A stretch of 64,000 bases of DNA from an uncultured Candidatus Rokubacteria bacterium (GTDB taxonomy: Bacteria; Methylomirabilota; Methylomirabilia; Rokubacteriales; DASRDR01), in contig CAWDVE010000017.1 of the NCBI GenBank assembly GCA_963805625.1, positions 704,001-768,000 on the forward strand. Reading direction: 5' to 3'. The notes beneath the pieces were generated by a model. The model was not told where the DNA came from. It did no database searches and saw only the letters and a list, made by a program, of their open reading frames with translations. The translations under genes and the position numbers were made by a program. Below, piece after piece: positions 62,743 through 64,000 of the stretch. Each line of letters opens with the position of its first letter. Positions within the stretch are counted from its first letter, which is position 1.

Positions 62743-64000
62743 TCACGACAGCAGCATGATGATGACCATGCCCCAGATCGTGAGGAGCGTGTTGCCGATG
62801 GCGTAGGTGACGGTGTACCCGAGCGCGGGCACCTGGCTGTGGGCCAAATCACAGACCATGCCGAGGGACGCCGTCGTGGTCCGCGCACCGGAGACGGCCC
62901 CGAGCAGGATGGCGTCGTGGAAGCGGAACAGGTACTTGCCGATGTACATGCTGAGGATCAGCGGTACCGTCGTCGCCACGATGCCCCACAGGAACAGGCT
63001 GACACCCTGTGTCTTGAGGCCGTTGACGAACCCCGGGCCGGCCGAGATGCCGACAATGGCGATGAAGATGTTGAGGCCGACCGAGTTCATGAACCAGACG
63101 GTGGACGACGGGATGCGCCCGAAGAACGGGCGCGTCGAGCGCAGCCAGCCGAACACGAGCCCCGAGATGAGAGCGCCGCCGGCGGTGGACAGCGTCAACG
63201 GCACGCCGCCGACCTTCCAGACCAGCGCGCCGACCAGCGCGCCGAGCGTGACCGCCCATCCGATGAACGCGACGTCGGCGACGTCGGTCGGCCGATCCGG
63301 CACGCCCAGCAGCTTGGCCGCGGCTCCGGTGTCCTGGGTGCGGCCGACAACCGTCAGGATGTCGCCGCGCTGGATCGTCGTGTTCGGCAGGATGGGGATC
63401 TCGGTGGCGGTCGCGCCCCGTGTGATCCTCCGCAGGAAGACGCCGCGGGCGCCTGGCGTTCGCGCCAGCTCGGCGAGCGTCTTGCCGTCGACCGCCTTGT
63501 TGGTCACGTAGACGTCGACGCCCTCGATCGGCACGTTCAGGAGCTCGGGATCCTCGACTTCCTCCGCATTTGCCCCCAGGACCTTCACGAGCACCTCGCG
63601 GGTGCCGGCGACCGCCACCACGTCGCCTTCCCGCAGCACGGTGTCCGCGGTCGCGTCCTCGATCGCCCCGCCGCGGCGGATGCGCAGGACGAAGACGCGC
63701 GCATCGGGCACCAGGGCCTCGGCCTCGACGGCCCGGAGGCCGACGGCCTTCCCGCCCTGTCTCACCCGGAAGGCTCGCAGCTCCCAGCGGTGCCAGGCCG
63801 AGCCGGCGCCGCCCATCTCCTTCGTGCCACCGTACTTCGCCTCGTAGTCCTTGGCGGCGGCGGCGAGATCGATGCGGAGCAGCGCCGGTCCGACCAGCGC
63901 GATCACGATCGCCGAGCCGACCGTGCCGAACATGTAGGTCACGGCGTAGGCGATCGGCATCCCGTCGAGCATCGCCTTGGTCTGCTCGGCGGCCAGACCC
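62743..64000 (-). CDS. aspT: Aspartate:alanine antiporter, second paralog (5' end beyond window)
   Basis: 'YAVTYMFGT','[10 protein letters not shown]','GARTTTASL','[20 protein letters not shown]'. Confidence 0.92.
   Translation of the reverse strand, partial: GLAAEQTKAMLDGMPIAYAVTYMFGTVGSAIVIALVGPALLRIDLAAAAKDYEAKYGGTKEMGGAGSAWHRWELRAFRVRQGGKAVGLRAVEAEALVPDARVFVLRIRRGGAIEDATADTVLREGDVVAVAGTREVLVKVLGANAEEVEDPELLNVPIEGVDVYVTNKAVDGKTLAELARTPGARGVFLRRITRGATATEIPILPNTTIQRGDILTVVGRTQDTGAAAKLLGVPDRPTDVADVAFIGWAVTLGALVGALVWKVGGVPLTLSTAGGALISGLVFGWLRSTRPFFGRIPSSTVWFMNSVGLNIFIAIVGISAGPGFVNGLKTQGVSLFLWGIVATTVPLILSMYIGKYLFRFHDAILLGAVSGARTTTASLGMVCDLAHSQVPALGYTVTYAIGNTLLTIWGMVIIMLLS

Overview
High-GC (about 70%), gene-dense bacterial chromosomal segment. 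The giant tandem-GAF kinase, the PF04392-type binding-protein relic and the many ABC transporters suggest Candidatus Rokubacteria/Methylomirabilota, but that is inference only. In order, the window holds: a NitT/TauT ABC operon interrupted by a 265-bp gene relic; an ANL/PaaK-like ligase, a methyltransferase and an LLM relic; a four-gene thiol-redox cluster followed by a translationally coupled HExxH zinc peptidase and Ddl-like ATP-grasp ligase; a signalling operon (12-GAF histidine kinase, receiver, receiver-class III cyclase with atypical specificity residues); three toxin-antitoxin loci; an amidase with a small partner; DUF1207, EEP and YcaQ genes; a GH51 arabinofuranosidase with a Tat-exported sugar ABC system and a formamidase; a LacI/M19-like/Dpp-type ABC/SDR operon; a YceI/IorAB-like molybdoenzyme cluster; and a 16-kb minus-strand run joining aspT-aspD-aspT to SYLF, GH63, GH13 and uncharacterised lipoproteins. 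I saw no rRNA, tRNA, CRISPR array, transposase or integrase. Seven otherwise intact genes carry 1-2 nt insertions that may be assembly errors. All family calls come from motif recognition by eye, not database searches.
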